Shown in pieces: positions 22,501 through 32,143 of a stretch of 64,000 nucleotides of DNA (the first letter of the stretch is position 1; each line of letters begins with the position of its first letter). Where the stretch lies: assembly GCA_008369845.1 (NCBI GenBank), contig MRSU01001977.1, forward strand, positions 1 through 64,000, in the 5' to 3' direction. Source of the stretch: Trichomonas gallinae (Eukaryota). The position numbers were made by a program, and so were the translations under genes. The notes below the pieces were generated by a model, which searched no databases, was not told the DNA's origin, and saw only the letters and a program-made list of their open reading frames with translations.

Positions 22501-25500
22501 TATTTGCAATGTGAGTTAAAAGTTTGTATTTGACAGGAAGAGGAGCTCCTGAGATTTCCAACAGTTCTATTGAACTCAAAAACAATCTAACAATGAACTG
22601 AGGACATTCGTTCGACATTAAAGCGTTCTTCATCATCTCAAGAGATAGCGTAATGGTTTCGGATCCAATCAAGTTGATCGCGAAAGCGACAGGGAAAAGA
22701 GATGAACAGATATGAGCGTGATTTTCAGCGAGCATGTGGCAAGCTGAAATCGCGCGCGAAGGAGAGTTCCTGATGAAAACGGGTATTGTCTCATCATACC
22801 ACTTCTCCCACTGGACCTTAGTCCAATCTTTCTGTGGAACTTCAAAGTGCGGCTCCGTGTAAACAACATTAGAAACTTTCCTTGGCATTGTAAAATGGTG
22901 AGATGTTTGTCGAGGCTGCGGCGGCGCTGGATCAGGTGCGAACTTGTTTTTGAGGGCCAGTGGAATTTCTGTGTTTGTATTCAAGCAGTCTAGAATTTTG
23001 TTTAAGTATCTATCGCTCTCTAGGTTGATTACTTGCGTGATTTCAGGTAGCAAAAACAGAACGTGATTTCTGAACAAAATAATGAAACTTATAAAAATGT
23101 TGATAACTCTTGATCTTAAGTCAGCGTTCTTCTGATAGACAACTAGAAGTGTTTTGATGATCTCGTGGCCGAAATCTCCATTATCTTTGATATACGTTAA
23201 AATGCTTTGCAGTTTGACAATCATCTCACCAGCGATGTTTGTATTCATCATGTGGGCTTCTATATATTGCAAGAAAGCCGGAATAATTAAATAATCTACC
23301 AATGAAACAAGGCTGCCGAGGCTGACGAACACAGAGAATATGTCATTGGCTGTTTCGGAAGGTACAGTTTGTATTGATCCCAAGAATAATTTGGTTATTC
23401 TGTGTACGTGTGGTTCTAGTGTTTCTGTCAATTGTGTTGCAATCCACTCTGTTGCTCTGAGAAGTGTGTGGAAAGGAATCCTTCCCCAGAACTTGCAAAT
23501 TACGTCTATTGTTGGCGGAATGACTTCCTCAGCATAAGTGCCACCTAAAACTATAATGAAATTGGGGAAATTCTTCAAAACAATCGAAATAGTTGATGGG
23601 CCGCCGTTCGTCAAGAAATCTTTGATGTATGTCACCAACAATCCTGATAAATCTTCGCCGATGACTCTGTAGTTCTTGAGGACAGTCAACAAAGCTTCTA
23701 CAGCATGCGGATGTAATGTAACCAAAGCATCGTTGCCGATGATTTCCATCAAAAGAGGCAAAGCAGTGGATACCGAAACATAAGTTAAACTGACAATCGG
23801 ATCAATTGATTCTGCGAGTGGCTTGAATGTGTTCGCTGGGTTCTTGTTTGTATCCCTTTTAGTCGAGAGGAGGGGCTGGACTATCTTTGGATCTATGACG
23901 CCCAGTTTAGCAATTATTGTGATAATCAAAGATTTAATCGGCATTTCTTCAATTTTTTGTGCAAGCTCATATAATAATGGAACGATTTGTAGATCTGAGC
24001 TCCATATGTAATCTAATATGTCTGTGTATTCCATGGAAGTCAGCAACAACTTCAATGCTGATTTCATTCTGTTTGGAGAAAGATGCAATTTGATATTTGC
24101 TTTAACATGAGTTATTATGTTCTGATAATCATTTATCTTGACTCCATATTTCATTAATTTATCTAATAACATCAAAGAACCAGATATTTGTGATGGAAAT
24201 TCAAGAATTAAATTAGTTAATTCGTTTTTGTTTGGAATTCCATCGATATTCTCTAAAGAAATGATAGTTAATAGCTGTTTGATATAAATCTTTTCGATTG
24301 TTGGCTGTAATTTCAAAGATTGGAACAATTCTAAAGCTAATTGATTAATTATTCTTTCTGTGTCGGGTAAAACTGCCAAAACTTTGATAGAACTGACACA
24401 AATCTCTACATTTGTATCGTGAGCCATAGAAAAGATCAAAGGAACAAATCTTTTGCCTGTTGGCTTCAAATGAATTTTTTGAAGAATTCTCAGCTTCAAA
24501 TCGTCATTAATTTCAGCTGAAACGAAGACTATGAGACGCTCTGGGATTCCAAGATCAGCGTCTTGGAAGATTAAAAGGAAATCAGCAACTTTTGATCTGA
24601 CATTTAAATCTGGATGAAGCAACAAGTTCGCGTAATTCAAAATCACTCTAATTGTGAGTTCCTCTATTGTACACTTTAAGTCAAGAAGCGCTTTAATTGA
24701 TAAAAGAATACTTTGCGCATCTTTTGTCGTAATACATTCATAAAACTTAGGAATTAATTCATTTTTAATGGTCATAGCGTATTTTGGCCATAATTCGACG
24801 TATTTTACAAACCCTTGAACTAATAATTCATCTGGTTCAAATGCAAAAATCGCGTTTATCCTTTCTTGGTACTTAGGATTTTCAGGATTCAGCAAAGAAA
24901 GAACGGCAAAAGCTGCCTCGGTCGATGTAAGTGTTTGGCAAATAATTTGGAGCAAACTTTCAACAGCTTCTGTATGCAATGTGTGCAAACGTGATGATGC
25001 CAAAAATGCAAACTCACCTAATGTGCGTAAAGCGCATAACCTGCAAGGAGACTTTTTGCTAACAAATTTTTTGTATAAATTTAACATTTGAGTGACATGT
25101 TCGTATTTAAACAACTTTGGTGTACATCTATAAGCTAATGAAACTAACTCCAAAGAAGCATTCGTTGGTTTATCAACAGATATCAAATGTAAAGGAGGAT
25201 CTGCGAAAGTAAAGACGGAAGCAAAGCGCGGAGCTGCATCTATAACTGATCTAACTGCATCCACGAACCCAGAAAACTGTGGATCTTGACTTGTAACTAG
25301 ATATGATGAAATGGTAACACAAAGTGTTTGAATGTGTATCATTTGAGTAGACTCTGATTGTGTCAGAGCGATTTCCAGCGTATGGCAGCCAGCAGCTCTT
25401 ACGCCTGGGTCTTCGTGTTGTAGAGATGAAAGAATCGATGATTGAATTTGCTCCATATTAGCGATAAGTGCGTGTTTAAAGTTTTTAAAGAAAATAACTA

Positions 25501-26035
25501 TCAGATTTAGCGCTGAAATCTTGAATTCTCTCTTTGATGCAATAACCCATTCGAAAATCTTTGATCTAAACCTAGAAATGATTCCATCAAGAGAATTTCC
25601 TGCATATTTGGCAATCCAAATGAGAATCTTTTCGAATATTTCCCATGTAGGATTGTCATTAAATGGCGGAATCTCAAGTAAGTCTCGCGCTATGCGAATT
25701 GCTTTCGTCTGTTTTGAGCATAAATCTGCGTATGTAATTGCATCGATAAACATTAAGTAATGGCTAACGTTGTTATTCAATCGATTTAATGAAATTGCAT
25801 AGAAAAGTTCATTTAAAAAGAATCTCTCTTCATTGACCTGCGTTTTTGCCCTATAAGTATCTGAAATATATTTCTTGAAATGTGACATTGCTATCTTAAA
25901 TGTCGAATTTTGTTTATTATCAGATAGTTTTATGATTTGGTCAATTTGGAGATACAAAGAGCCGCGAGTTTCCAGTTCGTAGTACGGTGATACACCAAAT
26001 AATTCACTTGAACCAGGAAATACCGGCTCCGTCAT
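19556..26035 (-). CDS. TOR: PIKK-family kinase, TOR-like (HEAT-FAT-FRB-kinase-FATC; 2159 aa)
   Basis: FRB-like ELVRVASSWFEIW..AVDESSRLY; SKQRPR; FLLKANEDTRLDQRVVQL; GLGDRHPGN; HIDFGDCFEVA; FATC ending GWRPWW. Confidence 0.9.
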   Translation of the reverse strand: MTEPVFPGSSELFGVSPYYELETRGSLYLQIDQIIKLSDNKQNSTFKIAMSHFKKYISDTYRAKTQVNEERFFLNELFYAISLNRLNNNVSHYLMFIDAITYADLCSKQTKAIRIARDLLEIPPFNDNPTWEIFEKILIWIAKYAGNSLDGIISRFRSKIFEWVIASKREFKISALNLIVIFFKNFKHALIANMEQIQSSILSSLQHEDPGVRAAGCHTLEIALTQSESTQMIHIQTLCVTISSYLVTSQDPQFSGFVDAVRSVIDAAPRFASVFTFADPPLHLISVDKPTNASLELVSLAYRCTPKLFKYEHVTQMLNLYKKFVSKKSPCRLCALRTLGEFAFLASSRLHTLHTEAVESLLQIICQTLTSTEAAFAVLSLLNPENPKYQERINAIFAFEPDELLVQGFVKYVELWPKYAMTIKNELIPKFYECITTKDAQSILLSIKALLDLKCTIEELTIRVILNYANLLLHPDLNVRSKVADFLLIFQDADLGIPERLIVFVSAEINDDLKLRILQKIHLKPTGKRFVPLIFSMAHDTNVEICVSSIKVLAVLPDTERIINQLALELFQSLKLQPTIEKIYIKQLLTIISLENIDGIPNKNELTNLILEFPSQISGSLMLLDKLMKYGVKINDYQNIITHVKANIKLHLSPNRMKSALKLLLTSMEYTDILDYIWSSDLQIVPLLYELAQKIEEMPIKSLIITIIAKLGVIDPKIVQPLLSTKRDTNKNPANTFKPLAESIDPIVSLTYVSVSTALPLLMEIIGNDALVTLHPHAVEALLTVLKNYRVIGEDLSGLLVTYIKDFLTNGGPSTISIVLKNFPNFIIVLGGTYAEEVIPPTIDVICKFWGRIPFHTLLRATEWIATQLTETLEPHVHRITKLFLGSIQTVPSETANDIFSVFVSLGSLVSLVDYLIIPAFLQYIEAHMMNTNIAGEMIVKLQSILTYIKDNGDFGHEIIKTLLVVYQKNADLRSRVINIFISFIILFRNHVLFLLPEITQVINLESDRYLNKILDCLNTNTEIPLALKNKFAPDPAPPQPRQTSHHFTMPRKVSNVVYTEPHFEVPQKDWTKVQWEKWYDETIPVFIRNSPSRAISACHMLAENHAHICSSLFPVAFAINLIGSETITLSLEMMKNALMSNECPQFIVRLFLSSIELLEISGAPLPVKYKLLTHIANKMRQYHQALRYAEAAFDSDTEKLSQVIININKKLGLKYAANGIFRKLSRSKEEPDFSSNTFQFLGVWEDALRLWEKKLAIMPNNVALLNNKMTCLEYLSRYKDLEKCASGFSPRFSAVAALGNGKIDDFMANMEKVQLSPDTSLLHAIFNLLKGDYETTRSCINTFVITNIENTFPVLSGDFERSYHDFVQIAQVVELLEIVMMKENPSSVNRIMKNWEYRLKQVKYNGQSDYFSLLQIRSLFFSQDEMKKYWIDFLNTTIKQGQTQIAEIALEKLPVDEPETLFLKSEMALYSGRTQEMISGATKALEMVDKESPLYVKINKTLGRVFLSIGNLKQSLQHAKNALDLSRYNFKTWKLWSDVNIAIYEKSNFKDQKSLVQTLEALMNVLMLNPPVPMHSILRVFSILFKHGNTEIYDVFRKYMQWVPTQYIAEHLPQITAKLSADKELDKLLVETMSFIGRNHPNVVLQALSVAFPYQADRAEIIKSVIAYLKTSHPQLVEDSSIARNELVRVASSWFEIWTYAVDESSRLYLHQNDPKGAARLLLSYHEKISHTPKSFLELSFNAQFAATLGKACSLTKAFLSEESGIEAFHLAWQFYTGVYNSLQSQASSIKSVILEDASPALASFKSSLIAIPGTYKFSGPVVGIVSFDPVISVFTSKQRPRAVVVNATDGIKYKFLLKANEDTRLDQRVVQLLTFVNTIMASAMAGNLTTYSILPLAPNVGLIGWVRDSTTIYELMREYRDHRKIPLNLEINTILQKAQNFEQLPPLERKECFDYGLSKTKGDDLKQILLINSIDSSNWVSRRTVYTESLAATSMVGYILGLGDRHPGNIMMCVKTGKLLHIDFGDCFEVAQHREHYPETVPFRMTRVFVSALEIAGVDGTLRMCSINVMKLLRLHKDTISGLLETFVHDPLLMGTAKMSEEKQPDVLIKRVVAKLTGDDFPEKGNLVVEQQVDTLISEATSSLNLCMMFKGWRPWW

Positions 26036-26059
26036 ATATATAACTTTTCACACTTTATT

Positions 26060-26067
26060 GTCACTTT
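26060..26067 (-). promoter_or_regulatory. AAAGTGAC core-promoter-like motif ~25 nt upstream of TOR ATG (also at 32135 +, 51212 -, 5120/5149 -)
   Basis: Exact 8-mer recurs within ~2-65 nt upstream of several ATGs; it resembles a motif reported in Trichomonas vaginalis core promoters. Confidence 0.6.
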
Positions 26068-26193
26068 TGATTCCAAAATTGTAAGAATTTTTTTCTATCT
26101 ACAGAAAAGTTCCTCATTTTTATGTTGTTAGGCTTTTTATTTATTTCGTAGGATTCTGTACTCTTTGATATATCCATTTATCATAGAATAGAT

Positions 26194-26283
26194 ACTTTTT
26201 AGAAATCTGACTTTGTAAAGTATCATATGTCGGATTGTCAGAAATGAAAGGTGTCGTTTTACAATGTCAGATTTCAAAAAAGT
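26194..26283. repeat. 26-bp inverted repeat pair (24/26 identical) around a 38-bp centre; MITE-like
   Basis: Left arm actttttagaaatctgactttgtaaa (26194-26219); reverse complement of 26258-26283 is acttttttgaaatctgacattgtaaa. Confidence 0.8.
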
Positions 26284-27206
26284 GGGATTCTCTTAATACC
26301 GCGGTACCAGTTGATTCGAATCGAAGTCGTCATCAACACTAGACTACCTTAAGGGTGTCAGTCGCTAAATGTTGCAAAAATGTGGCAGATATTTGAACAA
26401 AATCTTCGTTTTGAAGATTCAATACTTCGTTGGAGCGCAAAAAAGAATAGTATCCAAGAGAAACGAAGGCAAGAATTTCAGGTGTAACCTCGAACACTTC
26501 TTTTGGGATACTAACAAATCTTGTCTAAATTTCAGGCTATAAGGGCGATTTCGCATTTGGTTGAACGTCATTTGATTGTTCTTCAATATTTTAATTTTTA
26601 AAATCCATATGTTGTAAATGGATTGTGTTCAAGATAGGCAACTAAGAATGCTGAAACCTTTTCAAAAGTTAATTGGAAGCAATCCTAAGCAATTACAGGT
26701 TCAGAATGATCCTTATGCGGGCAAAATGCATGCTTTAAGTTAAAAGAATCCGAATTACTTATACACAAAACTTTTCACAAAGACCAAAAAATTTATTACC
26801 TGGAATCATCGACTCCATACCTTTCATCATAAAGATTCAGTAGTCATTTTTATTGATAAAAGTCATCTGTGTTTGACCACCCGTTTTTCGTGTGGATAAT
26901 CTTTTCGTTTGTGAAGAAACGGTCACCATGCATCATTAGTTTGTGCATTGATTAAGGCAATAACGGAAATACCTTTTTTATTTTTATAAATTAGATTGAA
27001 ATCAACGCTTCAAGCTCCTTTTACAAACAATATCAGACAAGTGGCAATTAAACAACTCAAGATTTATTCATCTGCATTGATAACTCCTCATTTTTCTCCT
27101 TTCTGTTCAAAATCTCTGAGATTTGACATGTAAAATCACAAAAGTGACATGTGCTAATACTGGGTGTTGTTACTTTTGGATATTTTTTTTCACACATGAA
27201 TGTCCT

Positions 27207-27700
27207 AAGTTGTACACGTCTGTGATCATGTAAAACATATCTCATATGGTGTGGAAATATATCACATGATTAAATGCAAGATTTACTTGAATTTTATAAA
27301 ATCAGAAGATCATCCGTGTTTTTTAAGTAAGTCATGTCTGTGATCATGTGAGACATCTCTTGTATGATGTATAAATGTACCATATGATCATAGACAGGAT
27401 TTATTTTAGTTTTATCTCAAATCGGATAATCGTCCGAATTTTTTAAGTAAATCTTGTCTATGATCATGTAGAACATTTCTCATATGATGTAGAAATGCAT
27501 CAAATGATCAAAGCTAAGATATTCTTGAATTTTGTCTTTGATCAGCAAGAGACGACGAAAGACATATTCACTGAAGAACATGGTTGTTTTAGCATTGAAT
27601 ATGTGCTCAACCGCTCTTAATAATGGATAATCTCAAAATTCTTTTTCTTGAGGAAATCATATCTGTGATCATATGATACATCTCACATATGATGAAAATA
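27207..27700. repeat. Array of ~119-bp palindromic units (3 full + 1 half)
   Basis: (g/a)tct(g/a)tgatcat anchors at 27218, 27336, 27456 and 27661; each unit is internally an imperfect inverted repeat. Confidence 0.85.
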
Positions 27701-27916
27701 TTCTAGTAACTAAGGCTCAATATCAATAGAGAACGAAAATCTTATTCGAATTGGAGTAAAAAATCGATTTTGGAAGGAAGTTTAAAGGACGATTTTTCAA
27801 AAAATGGTAAATATAATCTAATGGAAGAGTATCCAAGTCACACATCATAAGTACATAAATATGAAAAATTGTGTTGAAAATAATCGTTCAAAAATTTTTA
27901 GTGGTCAACTTGAAAA

Positions 27917-30373
27917 ATGGATCCACAAGAACTGTACAACGAGCTTAGAAATGCATGTGATCCATCGACAGCTGACAACAGAAACAAGAAATCCAAAAAA
28001 ATAAACCCAGATAAAATGTGGACAGTTTTATTTGATCTCGCGCAGACTTCTATTAGAACTCTGGGCATGTATTATCCATTATTACTTGGATATACACGGA
28101 AATATCCCGAATTCCGTGACAAAAATCCACAAGTTGTTACAAAATTCTTAAATGAATATTCAGACACATCTAAATCATTCGAAGAAAGAACAAAATTATG
28201 CGGCCCACTTGCTTTACTTGCCCCACTACTCTCTATTTCGAACTGTGTTAAGTTCTTTGATGTAAGTGTTGATATTATGCACACATATATGCAAGAGCAT
28301 CAAGACATTTCCTTGGAATTTATCGATGTTTTCGACGAAATTATGACAGAAGATTTGCAAAAAACTACAATTGCAGCAATTTATCATCATCTTCATAAAT
28401 TAATGGGCACAGAAAAGGCCCCAGCAGCTATGTTTATCTTAGCTCCGATTTCTTACTGCCTTTTGGAAGTATCTGAAGGTGCAGACACATTCATTGTCGA
28501 AGCTGTTATGCAAGCAATCAAGAAAGATCGCATTAATCAAATGGTAAGCTGTTTCTTGCTCGAATATCTTAGTGTTTACTTTGAAAATAATCCAAATACA
28601 GCACCATCTGCAGAAGTTCTCGCTAAAGATATCATTACTTTAATAACATGCGACGACAAGCCGGTTTCATATCGCGGATACAAGGCTTTTAAGGCTCTTA
28701 TCCAAGAAGACTTGTTCCTCTCGCCACCTATCGTTACACTTTTCCTCTCAAGTTTCTCACAATTTACTACAGACTTCCAGATCAGCATTTTCTTCAAGAT
28801 TATTTCAACATTCATCTACCCAGAAGATGAATACGAAGATTATGCCGAAGACGAGCATGCACAAGAAGTTTCAATTCTTCAACCAATCTTAGACTTCGCG
28901 GTTATGACATTAAAGTCATCAGACTCTCCTCTAATACGTGGACACTGCTTGGATACGCTCGCAGATCTCGATGGACGCGATACAATGTTCGTTGAAGATT
29001 GTTATCAGGATGCGATGCGCCACGCTGAGGCTTTAATCAATGAAGGCCATGTTTGCGCATTCCCATGGCTATCAGCTTACTTCGTCGCCATGTCCCGCGA
29101 CTTCACAGCAGAAACGAGCGGAATTATCGTCAAATACCTTCCAACGCTCGTAAAAGCAATCCACGATGACAAAGCTGGCCGCCTTAAGGACAGACTTAAC
29201 CTCGCTGCAGACCTCGCTGTCATGATTGGCGACGGCCTCGATGACTCCCTTTGCCCAGAGATCGCTAACTACGCGAAGAACTTCCTTAACTCGGAGAATA
29301 TCAAAGAGATGATGAACGCGTGCGCGATTTTCATCGCGTTGAGACCAAAATTGACACCAGAACTCGCGAACACTATTTTCGAGATTGCGGCAAATCGCGC
29401 TAACGAAGTAATGAGCTCTGATGCTTTAATAACCCTTGTCCAGACAATGCGCAAACTCATGAAGAAGTTCGATATCAAGGAATCACTTTCAGACGGTTTC
29501 ACAAAGAGCATCATGGAAGGAAAACTCAAAATTTTGTACGGCCAGCCTCCGCATTTATCCAAGCCACCTGAGAAGTTCCTGTTTTTGTACTTGGAGAGAT
29601 ACATCGTCAGGAACACTTCAAAAGGTGCTGACGTGTGCGTGAAGCTGATCGAGTGGATATCTAAAGCTCCTTACTCCGTCATTCCAATGATACTTCGTCC
29701 AATCATCGCTGGCCTTCAAGCAGGTGTTGTCAATGATGCCGCTGCTGCAGTTTTGACTGGAACTCTCAGCGTGCTGTTGCCGCAGCTTGACGGCCATGAT
29801 GTCGACGAGCTTGCAGCAACATGCCGCACGCTCAAGAATGTCTACGATGTCCATCCTGATGTCGTTGAGCCGTGCGATCCATTCTTCGAGCATCTCGCAG
29901 AAGTTGTCGGAATGATCGTCTCTGATCCAAACGAAGAGGAAGAGTATTTCTACGGCGATATTGCTCACGCTGTAGACTCGATGCCTGATATTGCACAATT
30001 CGTCTTCACTGTTTATGTTTCCAGTGAGACAACGCGTGTGATCCCAGAACTTCTTGAAGGCATCCTTCAAGTTATGCCATTCGGCCCAGATGTTGAAGAG
30101 AACGAAGAGCTGATGGAGTGTCTCTGCTCCATGCTCGAAGACGAAGAAAAGTTCGAGTGCATAGTCGTCCCTGCTTTATCAGTATTCACAGAACTCCTTT
30201 TAATGAAGAAGACAGAGCTCGATGAATATGAACTGGAGGAGGACACAGTCACAGCAATGAGAGAGACATTGAAGAGAATCGTGAAGCAGAATCCGGAAGT
30301 TGGAAAACAGCTCACAAAGAGGCTTGGAACATCCAGAGCTAAGATTAACAGATTCAATGCGCTTATTAGATAA
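27917..30373 (+). CDS. HEAT/ARM-type alpha-solenoid protein of unknown function (818 aa)
   Basis: Long ORF with helical repeats, acidic loops and strongly coding-like codon usage. Confidence 0.8.
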   Translation: MDPQELYNELRNACDPSTADNRNKKSKKINPDKMWTVLFDLAQTSIRTLGMYYPLLLGYTRKYPEFRDKNPQVVTKFLNEYSDTSKSFEERTKLCGPLALLAPLLSISNCVKFFDVSVDIMHTYMQEHQDISLEFIDVFDEIMTEDLQKTTIAAIYHHLHKLMGTEKAPAAMFILAPISYCLLEVSEGADTFIVEAVMQAIKKDRINQMVSCFLLEYLSVYFENNPNTAPSAEVLAKDIITLITCDDKPVSYRGYKAFKALIQEDLFLSPPIVTLFLSSFSQFTTDFQISIFFKIISTFIYPEDEYEDYAEDEHAQEVSILQPILDFAVMTLKSSDSPLIRGHCLDTLADLDGRDTMFVEDCYQDAMRHAEALINEGHVCAFPWLSAYFVAMSRDFTAETSGIIVKYLPTLVKAIHDDKAGRLKDRLNLAADLAVMIGDGLDDSLCPEIANYAKNFLNSENIKEMMNACAIFIALRPKLTPELANTIFEIAANRANEVMSSDALITLVQTMRKLMKKFDIKESLSDGFTKSIMEGKLKILYGQPPHLSKPPEKFLFLYLERYIVRNTSKGADVCVKLIEWISKAPYSVIPMILRPIIAGLQAGVVNDAAAAVLTGTLSVLLPQLDGHDVDELAATCRTLKNVYDVHPDVVEPCDPFFEHLAEVVGMIVSDPNEEEEYFYGDIAHAVDSMPDIAQFVFTVYVSSETTRVIPELLEGILQVMPFGPDVEENEELMECLCSMLEDEEKFECIVVPALSVFTELLLMKKTELDEYELEEDTVTAMRETLKRIVKQNPEVGKQLTKRLGTSRAKINRFNALIR

Positions 30374-30997
30374 TTATTTTATTAGAGTTTATTTTTAATT
30401 ATTCAGTTTATAAAGAAATAGATGTATTCTTATTAGAAATCAAAAATGATAGAATAATGATTTCATTTTCCTTGAATGATTTTTTATTTTAATATTGCAA
30501 TTGAATTTAATGCATTTTCATTGTATGCATATATCAACACTGTAATAACTTTAATGCTAAAGTCGGTAAAATACTATTTCTTTTAAATCATGAAGCAGAT
30601 ACTAATGGAGTATAATCTTTTATAGTTTTTGCACTAACATTAACAATTATTTTGTCCAGCAATGCATGAAAATATATGATTCATTGCAAAAGAAATATTT
30701 AATTTTCAACCTCAAAGAAACCCCCGACTTTGTAAAGTTTCAAATGTCATATTGTCAAATGTGATGAGTGGTTTTTGACATGTAAAAATAAAATTGACAT
30801 TTACATGACATTAATTTTTTTTATGAAATCTTCCGATGTAATATATTCTGCCTTAAAATAAATGGGGAAAATGACTCATTTGTAAGTCAAAAATTCGAAA
30901 TATCAAAACTCTTAATTTTTTTTTTATGTGATATGATATCTTATATGAATATAGATTATATTTTTCGTAGTCAGATTTTTCAAAATGTGACATTTTA

Positions 30998-31912
30998 ATG
31001 GATGTTGATAAATTTATTGAATCAATCTTTGCAAATCATATAACAGAATACGATCTTAATGTTCTATTTAGGACAGCCATGGAAGTATTGTATAGCGAAG
31101 GAACCATATTGAATGTAAGTTCGCCGATTGTTGTTTGCGGCGATGTTCATGGCCAATTTTTCGATGTCCTTCGGCTGTTTAGGGTTGGAGGTGACCCAAA
31201 AGATGTAAAATATCTGTTTTTAGGTGATTATGTTGATCGAGGATTTTTCTCTATCGAAACGATTTCGCTTCTCCTTGCTTATAAGATAAAATATCCCGAT
31301 AATTTCATCCTTCTTCGTGGAAATCACGAGACTCGCCCAATAAACACAACATATGGATTCTATGAAGAAGTAATTGCAAAATTTGGACATGCTTCAATCT
31401 GGGAACTTTGTAACCAAGTGTTCGAGATGCTCCCCATGGCCGCCCTCATAGACAACAAAATATTCTGCGTCCACGGTGGACTTTCACCAGCAATTCGCCT
31501 CGTTGAAAGCATCGCGCTGCTCCAAAAATTGCCAAATATTCTCTTCGATGGGCCGATCTCTGACCTCTGCTGGTCTGATCCTGGTGAAGAATCTTTCCAA
31601 GGATGGGCTGTTAATAATCCTAGAGGTGCTGGATGGTACTTTGGATCAGTAGCTGCCGAGGAATTTTGTCATAATAACAGGCTTAATTTTATTGCGCGTG
31701 CTCACCAGTTGGTCCTAGAAGGCTTCCAGTGGCACTTTAACAACAAAGTTGCTACTGTGTGGTCTGCTCCAAACTATATGTATCGAACAAAAAACCTGGC
31801 TTCGATCATGCAAGTTAATCAAAACTTAGAAGTTAACTTTCAGATATTTGAAGCCGTTCCAGATGAAAACCGTGTTCTTCCTGAACAAATTGTCCCCAAA
31901 TATTTTGAATAA
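30998..31912 (+). CDS. PPP-family Ser/Thr phosphatase, PP2A/PP4/PP6 group (divergent)
   Basis: GDVHGQ, GDYVDRG, RGNHE, HGGLSP, WSDP, RAHQ and SAPNY motifs. Confidence 0.95.
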   Translation: MDVDKFIESIFANHITEYDLNVLFRTAMEVLYSEGTILNVSSPIVVCGDVHGQFFDVLRLFRVGGDPKDVKYLFLGDYVDRGFFSIETISLLLAYKIKYPDNFILLRGNHETRPINTTYGFYEEVIAKFGHASIWELCNQVFEMLPMAALIDNKIFCVHGGLSPAIRLVESIALLQKLPNILFDGPISDLCWSDPGEESFQGWAVNNPRGAGWYFGSVAAEEFCHNNRLNFIARAHQLVLEGFQWHFNNKVATVWSAPNYMYRTKNLASIMQVNQNLEVNFQIFEAVPDENRVLPEQIVPKYFE

Positions 31913-32143
31913 TACGTTTTATTATAAATATTTCTATCATGTAACAAATTTACACTAACACTCTTATTATAATGATACACATATCCAAGACAATGGATTT
32001 CTATCAAGCTATAAAAAAATATTATCAAATTTTTGAATAATGGAAATTTGAGCTTGAAATTTTGCAGATCAAAAAATATTTTATATTATGTGTTTATTCT
32101 TGTTTTATTTTTGATGATTGATAATTTGGTGTAAAAAGTGACA

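Noticed and set aside
27207..27700. CRISPR array interpretation of the regularly spaced palindromic repeats
   Set aside because: The linkers are homologous to each other rather than unique spacers, the units are long and degenerate, there are no cas genes, and the context is eukaryotic.
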